The notes beneath the pieces are model-generated. The model saw only the letters and a program-made list of their open reading frames with translations. It ran no database searches and was not told the origin of the DNA. A DNA stretch of 64,000 nucleotides. Source: Candidatus Bathyarchaeota archaeon (GTDB lineage Archaea > Thermoproteota > Bathyarchaeia > Bathyarchaeales > Bathycorpusculaceae). Of the stretch, positions 38,067 through 46,925 are shown in pieces. Made by a program: the position numbers and the translations under genes. The stretch spans positions 32,001 through 96,000 of the forward strand of contig CAWAKC010000007.1 in NCBI GenBank assembly GCA_963782525.1, read 5' to 3'. Each line of letters begins with the position of its first letter. Position 1 is the stretch's first letter.

Positions 38067-39139
38067 CCAATCAGTTTTTTGAGCACAGGCACCCGCCGCA
38101 TCAACAAAACCAGTCCGAGCGTAATGAAGAATGTTAGGGCTGCGAGTAGGGGGATTTCTATGATGGGGGTTAGGGTTGTGTAGCTTATTTTGAATCCAAG
38201 TAAGCCGCGCTCGAAGGTTTCAAGGATTATGACGTGGAAGAGGAATAGGGGGAGGGTGTTGTTGCTTATGGCTTGGACGACTGGACGCAGGGGGTTGTTT
38301 GTTCCTGGCCAATCGGGCTTAACCTTAAGCAGAAACAAGAAAAGCGACACTGACCCCACGATGACATTTACGGTTAAGTAGCCCAGGAAATAGTCGCTCT
38401 GCCCCAATCCGCTTAATGGATAAGTCATAAGCCATACACTGAAGACTGTGCCGACAAAACTAGCGATTAACAGCCCATAGAGTATGGTATTTCGCAGTGT
38501 TATTTTCTGGAGGTAGCTGCCCATGACGAAGTAGCCGATGAAGCCGCCGAGGACGAAAACGCCGGCGTCTAAAGTGTAACCAAATCCCAGTTGGATTAAA
38601 GGCAAGATGGCTACCCCTGCAAACCAAAGGGCAATCAAATAGCGCGTAATTCTTTGATTCCCATAGGCGATTATCACTCTCAAGATGGGGGTAATCAGGT
38701 AGAGACCGATGATGAGGTAAATGAACCAGAACTGGTACCAAGCGCCCGTAAACAGATCCTTCACGATGCCCTGCAGGATGTTATCGAGGGTAACTGGTAC
38801 GTTGTAGACAAAGAAGCCCCAAGCGAGGTAAACCATGCTCCAAAACACGAATGCCAACCCGATGCGGGTGAGCCGTTTTTTTAGGAAGACGCGGATGGGT
38901 TCGTTGAGTTTGGCTGGTTGAAACAAAAGTGCACCACTTAGCATGACGAATAGTGGTACGCATGAGAGGGAGAGGCTTTTGTAGACAAGAGCAGTCCACC
39001 AATATGGCATGGGCACGGAAGAAGCCTGCAGCGCCTCATTGGAAGCATGCAATAACACGACTAAGCCGATAGCTAAGGTGCGGATAAGGTCGACTGGAAT
39101 CGCAAGTTTCTTGTTTGGCTCCAAACCGTTCTGTTCCAA
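38063..39139 (-). CDS. Acyltransferase family 3 (WecH/OafA-like O-acyltransferase)
   Basis: DLIRTLAIGLVVLLH, VPLFVMLSGALL, KKRL.RI, FWFIY.IIGLYLITP; about 10 TM segments. Confidence 0.9.
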   Translation of the reverse strand: MEQNGLEPNKKLAIPVDLIRTLAIGLVVLLHASNEALQASSVPMPYWWTALVYKSLSLSCVPLFVMLSGALLFQPAKLNEPIRVFLKKRLTRIGLAFVFWSMVYLAWGFFVYNVPVTLDNILQGIVKDLFTGAWYQFWFIYLIIGLYLITPILRVIIAYGNQRITRYLIALWFAGVAILPLIQLGFGYTLDAGVFVLGGFIGYFVMGSYLQKITLRNTILYGLLIASFVGTVFSVWLMTYPLSGLGQSDYFLGYLTVNVIVGSVSLFLFLLKVKPDWPGTNNPLRPVVQAISNNTLPLFLFHVIILETFERGLLGFKISYTTLTPIIEIPLLAALTFFITLGLVLLMRRVPVLKKLIG

Positions 39140-39289
39140 TCGAAAGCGCCCTCGAATTGTTGTTGATTATTTGCCGTAGCCAGCGCTTATAAAACTGCTT
39201 GTTTTTGAGCAACAAAAATATACGAACCTGCGGGTTTTGTGAGGTATTTTTAAGTAATTAAAGCATAACAAAACAGTAGGCGAAAAGAG

Positions 39290-39667
39290 ATGGAACGCGA
39301 ACGCGCAAAAGTCACCAAAGAAGAGCTACAAGAAAAAGATACACGTTTTCTAGCGGTTTATGTGGAAGCCCAAAACTCAGTGATGATAATGCTGAGCGAG
39401 AGAGAAGATAAACTCGGCACCTTAGCCATCGCCGTTCCAAAACCCAAAGACCTCATGGGTTCCGTTACTTCGTCCGTGCTTTTAGGCGATAAAAACGTGA
39501 TTACCGCGCGGATGTTTGCGGAGTTGGTTGCAGCTAAGAAGGGCAAAATCGCCATGGTCTCCATCTACCTTGAGAAGATGGGGGAGATGCAGGCGCAAGC
39601 GTTCTTTATGCGTTTAATCGACAAGGTCCTCAAGGTTGAGGGCCAAAAAGAGCCAGAGGCAATATAG
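39290..39667 (+). CDS. Proteasome assembly chaperone 4 (PAC4/PSMG4)-like protein
   Basis: LGTLAIAVP...TSSVLLGD...ARMFAELVAAKKGKIAMVSIYL resembles the PSMG4 core as I recall it. Confidence 0.65.
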   Translation: MERERAKVTKEELQEKDTRFLAVYVEAQNSVMIMLSEREDKLGTLAIAVPKPKDLMGSVTSSVLLGDKNVITARMFAELVAAKKGKIAMVSIYLEKMGEMQAQAFFMRLIDKVLKVEGQKEPEAI

Positions 39668-39684
39668 ACTTCGCGTGCGCATCC

Positions 39685-40179
39685 ATGATTCGCAAGTTAA
39701 CAAATACCGATTTTCAAGAAATCTTGATGGTGGTAAACGATGCTGCGGTCGCTTACAAGGGCAAGATTCCAGCAGACCGATGGAAAGAACCCTACATGCC
39801 CTCCGAAGAACTAAAAGAAGAAATCCGAAGCGGCATCCAATTCTACGGCTACATTGAAAACGGCAAGTTAATCGCTGTTATGGGAACCCAACCAGTTGGC
39901 GATGTCACTTTAATTCGGCACGCCTACACCCTAACAAGCCAACAACGGAGGGGAGCGGGAGAAAAACTCCTAAACCACTTGCTCAGCTTAACCCTAACCG
40001 ACAGGATTCTAGTGGGTACATGGGAAACCGCACCGTGGGCAATCAAATTCTACCAAAAACACGGGTTTACCCTGCTTTCGAGGGAAGAAACCAATAAGCT
40101 ATTGAAGAAGTATTGGAAGATTCCTGAGCGTCAAGTTGAAACCTCAATAGTGCTCGAATACAAAGGGAAAAGCCAATGA
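39685..40179 (+). CDS. GNAT family N-acetyltransferase
   Basis: QQRRGAGEKLL acetyl-CoA motif, AIKFYQKHGF. Confidence 0.9.
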   Translation: MIRKLTNTDFQEILMVVNDAAVAYKGKIPADRWKEPYMPSEELKEEIRSGIQFYGYIENGKLIAVMGTQPVGDVTLIRHAYTLTSQQRRGAGEKLLNHLLSLTLTDRILVGTWETAPWAIKFYQKHGFTLLSREETNKLLKKYWKIPERQVETSIVLEYKGKSQ

Positions 40180-41231
40180 AAACTCTCCTGTTTAAAGTGG
40201 ATGCAGAAAATCCTGACCCAACAATTATTCAGACAGCGGCAGATATTATTCGAAAGGGTGGGTTGGTGGCGTTTCCTACGGAGACGGTTTATGGTTTAGG
40301 AGCAGATGCACTTAACGGGGAGGCGGTTTTGGCGTTGTTTGCTGCTAAGAAGCGTCCGCTGGATAATCCGCCAATTGTCCATGTCGCCGACCTAAAAGAA
40401 GTCGGCAGATTAGTTTTGGAAGTGCCGCCTATAGCCAAGGTGCTTATGGAGAAGTTTTGGCCCGGACCCTTAACATTGATTTTTAACCGCTCAAGCCTCG
40501 TGCCCAAGGTGACGGTTGCGGGTTTAGACACCGTTGCCATCCGTATGCCCAAACACAAAGTTGCCCTCGAACTTATCAAGCAGAGCCGCTGCCCCATCGC
40601 GGCGCCCAGCGCCAACCTTGCGGGCAAACCCAGCCCAACTACCGCCCAGCACGTCTACGAAGACCTAAACGGAAGAATCGATGCCATCCTCGACGGCGGA
40701 GCCACAAACATCGGCGTAGAATCCACCGTCGTTGACCTAAGCGTTGACCCACCGATGCTACTTCGCCCAGGCGGCACACCATACGAAGCCCTAAAGAAGG
40801 TTCTAGGCGACCTCAAACTTCACCCCTTCGTGGAAACAGAGCAAGAGTTGTCGATTCAGGAGATTCGCTCACCAGGAATGAAGCACAAACATTACGCACC
40901 CAAAGCAGAAGTTATTCTAGTTGAAGGCAAAATTCCTGCAGTCACTTTGAAAATCAAGGCGATAGCTGAATCCTACAAGTTAGAAGGTAAAAAAGTGGGC
41001 GTCTTAGCCACCGACGAAACCCAAAGCGCTTACACCGCAGACGTAGTTAAATCGCTTGGCAGCCGCTCCAACTTAGCAACAGTCGCCCAGAGCCTCTTTC
41101 GCTTGCTTAGGGAAGTGGATGCTGAAAATGTGGATGTTATTTTGGCGGAGGGGGTTACTTCGGAGGGGTTGGGGTTGGCTGTGATGAATAGGCTCAGGAA
41201 AGCATCGGGTTACCACATAATTAAAGCGTAG
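40176..41231 (+). CDS. sua5: L-threonylcarbamoyladenylate synthase Sua5
   Basis: FPTETVYGLGA, KKRPLDNP, WPGPLT, APSAN, SPGMKHKHYAP. Confidence 0.96.
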   Translation: MKTLLFKVDAENPDPTIIQTAADIIRKGGLVAFPTETVYGLGADALNGEAVLALFAAKKRPLDNPPIVHVADLKEVGRLVLEVPPIAKVLMEKFWPGPLTLIFNRSSLVPKVTVAGLDTVAIRMPKHKVALELIKQSRCPIAAPSANLAGKPSPTTAQHVYEDLNGRIDAILDGGATNIGVESTVVDLSVDPPMLLRPGGTPYEALKKVLGDLKLHPFVETEQELSIQEIRSPGMKHKHYAPKAEVILVEGKIPAVTLKIKAIAESYKLEGKKVGVLATDETQSAYTADVVKSLGSRSNLATVAQSLFRLLREVDAENVDVILAEGVTSEGLGLAVMNRLRKASGYHIIKA

Positions 41232-41275
41232 GTTTGGGTTCGATATGTTTTTTATATTAAATCGCTAGTGCTAAA

Positions 41276-42526
41276 GTGGCGACCATTTTGGTAAAACTGA
41301 AAGGATTCCGAAAACTGACATTAATAGACCAAGCCCTACAAATCTGGTTTGACGCGCTGAAGATTGGCAAACCCAAAGTGACACAGGTTCCGCTGAATCA
41401 GGCTCTTAACTGTGTTTTAGCTGAAGACCTCTTTGCGCAGGAGGCTTTGCCACGCTTTGACAAGTCAGCTATGGATGGCTACGCTGTGAAGTCGGCTGAT
41501 TTGACAGGTGCATCGCAATCTAAGCCCATGGTCCTTAAGTTAACCCAAGCAGACCAGATTGACACTAAGCAGGCTAAGCAGGTTTGGACAGGAAACCCCA
41601 TACCCAAAGGCGTAGACGCCGTCGTCATGCTGGAGAACACCGAGAAACATGGCGAAGAGGTGGAGGTTTGGAGTCAACTTGCGCCGTGGACTAACGTTTC
41701 TAAGGTCGGAGAAGACCTGAAAGTGGGCGACCTTGTGGTTAAAGCTGGCAACCGATTGAACCCTTACCATTTGGGCTTAGCCGCTGCGTTGGGCAATTTG
41801 CAGTTGAAGGTTGCGGAGAAGCCTAAAGTCGCCGTCATAGCCACTGGCAACGAAATAGTTGAAGTCGGATCAGAACGCGCAAGTAACCAAATTTACGATT
41901 CAAACAAAACTATGGTTGCATCCATGTGCCATGAACTAGGTGCAGAAATAAGCGACCTCGGCATCGCAAAAGATAACATCGACGAAATCGCAGAAAAAAT
42001 CCGAGCAGCCCTCAAAACCCACGACGCCATCATCACTACAGGAGGAACCAGTGTCGGAGGCTTAGATTTGGTGCCAGACGCCGTTAACAAGTTGGGTAAA
42101 CCAGGCGTCATCGTTCACGGTGTTGCGTTGCGTCCAGCGATGCCTACAGCCGTTGGGATGCTGGAGGGCAAGCCCGTTTTGATTTTGTCGGGGAACCCTG
42201 TTGCCGCGGTGATTGGGTTTGAAGTTTTCGGCAGACCCCTAATCTGCAAGATGCTCGGCATGGACAGAGAAGAGCCAAGACCTATCGTTAAAGCGGTTTT
42301 GGCAAGAAGAGTCACGAGTGTGTTGGGAAGAAAAACCTACGTTCGAGTTCGAGTTACAACAAAGGATGGCGAGTTGTTTGCTGAACCAGTAAGCTCGAAG
42401 GGTTCAGGCTCCATATCCACCATGACCCAGAGCAACGGATACGTTGTGGTTCCAGAGAACCGCGAAGGCGTCGCTGATGGCGAAACGGTAATCGTCCAAA
42501 TGTTTGGCATCGTGGAGGTTGCGTAA
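41276..42526 (+). CDS. moeA: Molybdopterin molybdenumtransferase MoeA
   Basis: SAMDGYAV, TGNE, TTGGTSVG, LSGNPVA. Confidence 0.93.
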   Translation: MATILVKLKGFRKLTLIDQALQIWFDALKIGKPKVTQVPLNQALNCVLAEDLFAQEALPRFDKSAMDGYAVKSADLTGASQSKPMVLKLTQADQIDTKQAKQVWTGNPIPKGVDAVVMLENTEKHGEEVEVWSQLAPWTNVSKVGEDLKVGDLVVKAGNRLNPYHLGLAAALGNLQLKVAEKPKVAVIATGNEIVEVGSERASNQIYDSNKTMVASMCHELGAEISDLGIAKDNIDEIAEKIRAALKTHDAIITTGGTSVGGLDLVPDAVNKLGKPGVIVHGVALRPAMPTAVGMLEGKPVLILSGNPVAAVIGFEVFGRPLICKMLGMDREEPRPIVKAVLARRVTSVLGRKTYVRVRVTTKDGELFAEPVSSKGSGSISTMTQSNGYVVVPENREGVADGETVIVQMFGIVEVA

Positions 42527-42528
42527 AG

Positions 42529-43779
42529 GTGTTTAGGAAACTGTTGACGTTTGAGGAAGCGCAAAAAAAAATCGACGAACAATTCAAACCTGTTTTTCTG
42601 GGTGAAGAGGAAGCCGTGCTCTTGGAAGCTTACAACCGCGTGCTTAACGAAGATGTGGTTTCGACGCTGGATATTCCGCCTTTTAACCGTTCAACCATGG
42701 ATGGCTACGCAGTGAAAGCCGAAGACACATTTGAAGCTGACGAAAATACGCCTGCAACGTTGAAGGTTTCTGGCGCCGTCAACATCGGTGAACCTCCAAA
42801 CGTCAAGGTTGGGAAGGGCGAAGCCGTCGAAATCGTTACTGGCGCTCCGATTCCTGAAGGCGCAGACGCAGTCGTTATGATTGAGGACACTCAGCGTGAA
42901 GATGCCGATTTGCAGGTTTTTGGAGCCGTCACTTCGGGCGAAAACGTGATGAAGAAGGGCTCTGACTTAAAAAAAGGCGTTTTGGTGCTCAAGAAAGGGG
43001 TGGTTTTGGGTTCCAGCGAAATCGGCGTTTTAGCCGCACTGGGTTTGACCAAAGTTAAGGTTCTCAAAATTCCCATGGTTGTAGTCATCTCTACAGGTGC
43101 AGAAGTCACGGAACCCGGCAAACCGTTGCCACCGGGAAAAATCTACGACATCAACGCCTACAGCATCAGCACAGCCGTAATCGAAAGCGGCGGCAAACCA
43201 GTGTACTTCGGCGTGGTCCCAGACGACAAAGCCGCATTAGCAAAGGCAATGCAGACCGCAGTGGCTTCAGCCGACATGGTAATAACTTCAGGCGGCGTTT
43301 CCGTTGGTCCCCGCGATTACACTCCCCAAATCGTGGATTCGCTGGGCAAACCAGGCATCGTAGTTTATGGAATCGCCGTGAAACCCGGTAAACCCACAAC
43401 CGTCGGTTTCGTAGGCGACAAACCCATCTTTTCATTGCCAGGTCACCCAACATCAGCTCTTCTGATTTTCTATTTACTTGCAAGACCCCTAATTTTGCGG
43501 TTAGCTGGTCGACCAGTGGGCGCAATGAGGATGGTTCGAGCGTTTGCTGGATCAAGGATGTTTAGTGCAAAGGGTAGGCGAACCTTTGTGATGGTGCGTT
43601 TAGAGTTTGACAAGAACTGCCGATTAATCGCTGAACCAGTTGAATCAGGTGCTTCAGGTGCAATCACCACGTTGGCGAATGCTGATGGATTTGTGGAAAT
43701 AGCTGAGAACGAACAATTTATCGATGTTGACCAGGAAGTCGCGGTTATGCTGTTCCGTGGTTCCGCCGCAAAAGCTTAG
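42529..43779 (+). CDS. moeA: Molybdopterin molybdenumtransferase MoeA, second paralogue
   Basis: STMDGYAV, TGAPIP, SGGVSVG, KPGKP, LPGHPTS. Confidence 0.93.
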   Translation: MFRKLLTFEEAQKKIDEQFKPVFLGEEEAVLLEAYNRVLNEDVVSTLDIPPFNRSTMDGYAVKAEDTFEADENTPATLKVSGAVNIGEPPNVKVGKGEAVEIVTGAPIPEGADAVVMIEDTQREDADLQVFGAVTSGENVMKKGSDLKKGVLVLKKGVVLGSSEIGVLAALGLTKVKVLKIPMVVVISTGAEVTEPGKPLPPGKIYDINAYSISTAVIESGGKPVYFGVVPDDKAALAKAMQTAVASADMVITSGGVSVGPRDYTPQIVDSLGKPGIVVYGIAVKPGKPTTVGFVGDKPIFSLPGHPTSALLIFYLLARPLILRLAGRPVGAMRMVRAFAGSRMFSAKGRRTFVMVRLEFDKNCRLIAEPVESGASGAITTLANADGFVEIAENEQFIDVDQEVAVMLFRGSAAKA

Positions 43780-44123
43780 TCTTTGCGTTTCAGCAAAAGA
43801 TAGGCTGTAAAGATCAATGTTAATATGAAGTAGCCAAGCATGCTTAAGCCAACTAATAGGTTGCTGAAGCCTGCTGAAGCGAGGGTAACGATTGTGAAAC
43901 CCGTGATGGTTATAAATAGGATAGCGAATAGCCAAGGTGCCCAAGCCCTTTTCAAGAAGAGGCTGTAGGCAGTTATGAGGCTAAGGATTCCTAAGAAGCC
44001 AACATGCGGTGGATAACCCGTCAACGGCAACGTAACTAGGAGGATTAAGCCTGTGAGCGCAAAGAACCCTAAGGATAATAGTTCAAGGGGCTTGAAGTTT
44101 TTTAGTTTAGTTGCGAGGGACAC
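43776..44123 (-). CDS. Hypothetical membrane protein (about 4 TM)
   Basis: Four hydrophobic segments; GTG start. Confidence 0.65.
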   Translation of the reverse strand: MSLATKLKNFKPLELLSLGFFALTGLILLVTLPLTGYPPHVGFLGILSLITAYSLFLKRAWAPWLFAILFITITGFTIVTLASAGFSNLLVGLSMLGYFILTLIFTAYLLLKRKD

Positions 44124-44358
44124 AGATTCTTCGCCTTTACCTTATGCAGTATGGGATTAATTAATAAATTTAATGTATTTGGCTAGACCCAATTAGTTTA
44201 CTGCCTTAAAGAAAAGTTATCAGTTAACCCTGGCGTTTGCACGAAAAAAACTTGGTTTTTTTGGCCACTTGCATCTCTTGTGTGCGAATGTAGCTCAGGA
44301 TTCTTATATTTTAACATGCATAATAGATTTTGAGGCTGATAGAACGGCTGAATCGGCA

Positions 44359-44916
44359 GTGGTTTACACGATTGGGCACTCCACGCGAACGCTCAAGGAA
44401 TTCGTGCAGTTACTCGAAGCTTACGGCATAATTTTACTGGTAGACGTGCGAACCGTTCCCCGTTCACGACACAATCCACAGTTCAATAAAGAAACTCTGC
44501 CCACCAGCCTTAAGCACTACGGCATCAGATACATCCACATGCCCGAAATCGGCGGCTTACGACACCCAAAACGCGACTCCATCAACTTAGCATGGGAAAA
44601 CAGCGGCTTCCGCGGATACGCCGACTACATGCAAACCCAAGAATTCACCGACAACCTCCTAAAAATTGTGGCTTTGGCGCGGGAGAACTGTTTGGCGTTG
44701 ATGTGCGCGGAAGCGTTGCCCTGGCGGTGCCACCGAAACCTACTCTCCGATGCCCTCGTAGTACACCACTTAAAAGTGGAACACATAATCGGCAAAGACA
44801 GCACCATCAACCACCAACTCACCGAATTTGCACATGTGGAAGGAACAAAAATCACCTATCCATTATTCAGTAAAGAAACGCCGCAGCGAACACTTGGAGA
44901 TTTTGGCTCAGCCTGA
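44359..44916 (+). CDS. DUF488 family protein
   Basis: YTIGHSTR, LVDVRTVPRSR.NPQFN, LMCAEALPWRCHR; start probably GTG 44359. Confidence 0.88.
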   Translation: MVYTIGHSTRTLKEFVQLLEAYGIILLVDVRTVPRSRHNPQFNKETLPTSLKHYGIRYIHMPEIGGLRHPKRDSINLAWENSGFRGYADYMQTQEFTDNLLKIVALARENCLALMCAEALPWRCHRNLLSDALVVHHLKVEHIIGKDSTINHQLTEFAHVEGTKITYPLFSKETPQRTLGDFGSA

Positions 44917-44920
44917 TTTT

Positions 44921-46267
44921 TTATTGTTTTTGTAGTTTTGCTATGAAGAAGCCGTTGCATTGGTGGATATGTGGGTAGAGACGTTGGCATTTAGTTAAAC
45001 CGTTTAAGCCGGGCATTCCGATTTTGGGTTCAATTTCTGCCAGCGTAAATTCTGGGTGTTCTTTTAAGAACCGCTCGATTATGCCTTCGTTCTCTTCCAG
45101 TGTTATACTGCAGGTTGAGTAAGCTAAAACTCCGCCTGCTGCGACTTTTTCGGCGCAGTTGTTAATCATTTGCCACTGGAGCTCTGACATGTTGCGGATT
45201 GAGTTGGGGCTCAGACGCCACTTTGCTGAGGGTTGCTTTGCAAATACTCCTGTGCTGGTGCATGGAGGATCCAAAATCACAAGGTCCGCTTCACCGACTA
45301 AAGGCACAGATATTGAGACATCAGCCACTATAGGTTCTGCATTTTTAGTTCCCATGCGAACGGTTTCTTTTTTCCATGTTTTCATGCGTTTAGCCGAGAA
45401 ATCCACCGAGATGATTGAGCCTTGATTTCCCATAAGTTGAGCTATGAAGGTTGTTTTGGCACCTGGAGCCGCACAGATGTCAAACACGGTGTTGCCCGGT
45501 TTGGGGTTTGCGGCTTGGGTTGCAAAGCAACTGGCTTTATCTTGGACGTAGAATAGGCCTTCTGCGTAGCTTGGCAGGGCGTTTAATGGTTTTTTGGATG
45601 ATAAAACTTTGTAAGTATAGTTGAGAGGAACCGATTTTTCGAGTTCGACGCCTTCTGCTTTGAGCTTTTCCAAGGTTGCTTCTTCGGGTGCGGCTAAGGT
45701 GTTGATTCGGACGTAACCAGGCGGCGCCTTCTTGCTGCCATTCAAGAATGCTATGGCTTCGTCATGCCCAAAGAGCTTGAAGCAATATTCCACGAACCAT
45801 AATGGATGAAAAGTTTGCAGACTAACCTTCTCCGCTTCATTTGCGGCTTCCATAATTGGCGCTAATTTTTTAGTAAGCAAGAAGCCTAAAATGCCTTCCA
45901 CTTCTCGCATAGTTTGCCAGCCCAATATTGCTCTACCCATACCTGCGACGTTTTCGGCTTCTTTGAGGTTCATTTTATCCCAGTTTTTAATAACACGCGT
46001 CTGGTAAACGTACAGGCGCAGAAAAGCTTGGATGCCCATGGTGTATTCGCCCATGTTTTTGGGCGCAACCACCGCGTTGATGAATTTGTCGATGAGGTTT
46101 TTTCTTCTTTCTGTCTCAACGACTAAGCCGTAGGCGAAGCGTATTGCGCTTGGATCTTTGACGCCGAGTTGCTTAATGGTCCGCATCAGAGCTGAACGCT
46201 CGTTTAGTCGGCGCATTTCTATCCAACTGAGAGTCTCTATGGCAACAGTCCAAGCGTCCCGCAACAA
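44921..46267 (-). CDS. RsmB/NOL1/Nop2 family RNA m5C methyltransferase
   Basis: VRINTL, QDKAS, DICAAPGAKT, LDPPCTSTG, YSTCS, GFFIAKL. Confidence 0.93.
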   Translation of the reverse strand: MLRDAWTVAIETLSWIEMRRLNERSALMRTIKQLGVKDPSAIRFAYGLVVETERRKNLIDKFINAVVAPKNMGEYTMGIQAFLRLYVYQTRVIKNWDKMNLKEAENVAGMGRAILGWQTMREVEGILGFLLTKKLAPIMEAANEAEKVSLQTFHPLWFVEYCFKLFGHDEAIAFLNGSKKAPPGYVRINTLAAPEEATLEKLKAEGVELEKSVPLNYTYKVLSSKKPLNALPSYAEGLFYVQDKASCFATQAANPKPGNTVFDICAAPGAKTTFIAQLMGNQGSIISVDFSAKRMKTWKKETVRMGTKNAEPIVADVSISVPLVGEADLVILDPPCTSTGVFAKQPSAKWRLSPNSIRNMSELQWQMINNCAEKVAAGGVLAYSTCSITLEENEGIIERFLKEHPEFTLAEIEPKIGMPGLNGLTKCQRLYPHIHQCNGFFIAKLQKQ

Positions 46268-46470
46268 ATCAATTCACAGCAATGAAAAACACGGGCATCC
46301 TAATAAGAATTCAAAATGGCAGCCATGTTACAGCATGGTAATAGCTACGTAGTTTTTTAATTATTCGTGCTATACCATTCGTTCTCCTCTGAAAAACCCT
46401 TCTCTATGGAGGCAAGTTTTTTGTCGAGAAGACGAAACCGAAACGAGGTCACGAACATAACAAAGGAAAG

Positions 46471-46566
46471 ATGACGCCTCAGGAAACGGGCAAATTGGGC
46501 GGTGCAAAGGGTGGTCCAAGAGTCCGTGAACTCATCAAAGAAAGAAAAAAACTTGAAGACGAATAA
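46471..46566 (+). CDS. Micro-ORF resembling KGG/Em-like stress proteins; possibly a frameshifted remnant
   Basis: MTPQETGKLGGAKGGPRVRELIKERKKLEDE; below the ORF-track size cutoff. Confidence 0.5.
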   Translation: MTPQETGKLGGAKGGPRVRELIKERKKLEDE

Positions 46567-46637
46567 GTGCGTTACAAAACTGTCGCACTCAATTGCTTAA
46601 GCCACTTTTCCTTTTTCTTTAGTTAAAGGGATAAAAA

Positions 46638-46778
46638 TTGAGTCAAATCACCAAACGTAAGAGCACACCTCAAACAAGAGCAGGACAATATATGTGTCCA
46701 GAATGCGGCGAAATCTTTAACACAAAAAAAGAAGTTGACCGCCACCTGTACATTATGCACGAAGTCCAAATCAACTAA
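46638..46778 (+). CDS. Small single C2H2 zinc-finger protein (46 aa)
   Basis: TTG start; MSQITKRKSTPQTRAGQYMCPECGEIFNTKKEVDRHLYIMHEVQIN. Confidence 0.7.
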   Translation: MSQITKRKSTPQTRAGQYMCPECGEIFNTKKEVDRHLYIMHEVQIN

Positions 46779-46925
46779 AAGCTCCTTGGGCAAAAGCCCC
46801 AAATTGATGATTTTTGGAGCTTTTAGCGGCAGATTCTGGTGCTTTATTCATTGGTAAGTTTGTGTTTTTTTAGTCACTAAGGTTTTTAGTCTCATTGTTC
46901 CATATAGAGACAAGGTTAACTGGGG

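Noticed and set aside
41276-43779. Tandem moeA duplication as a novelty
   Set aside because: Two adjacent MoeA paralogues are common in archaea.
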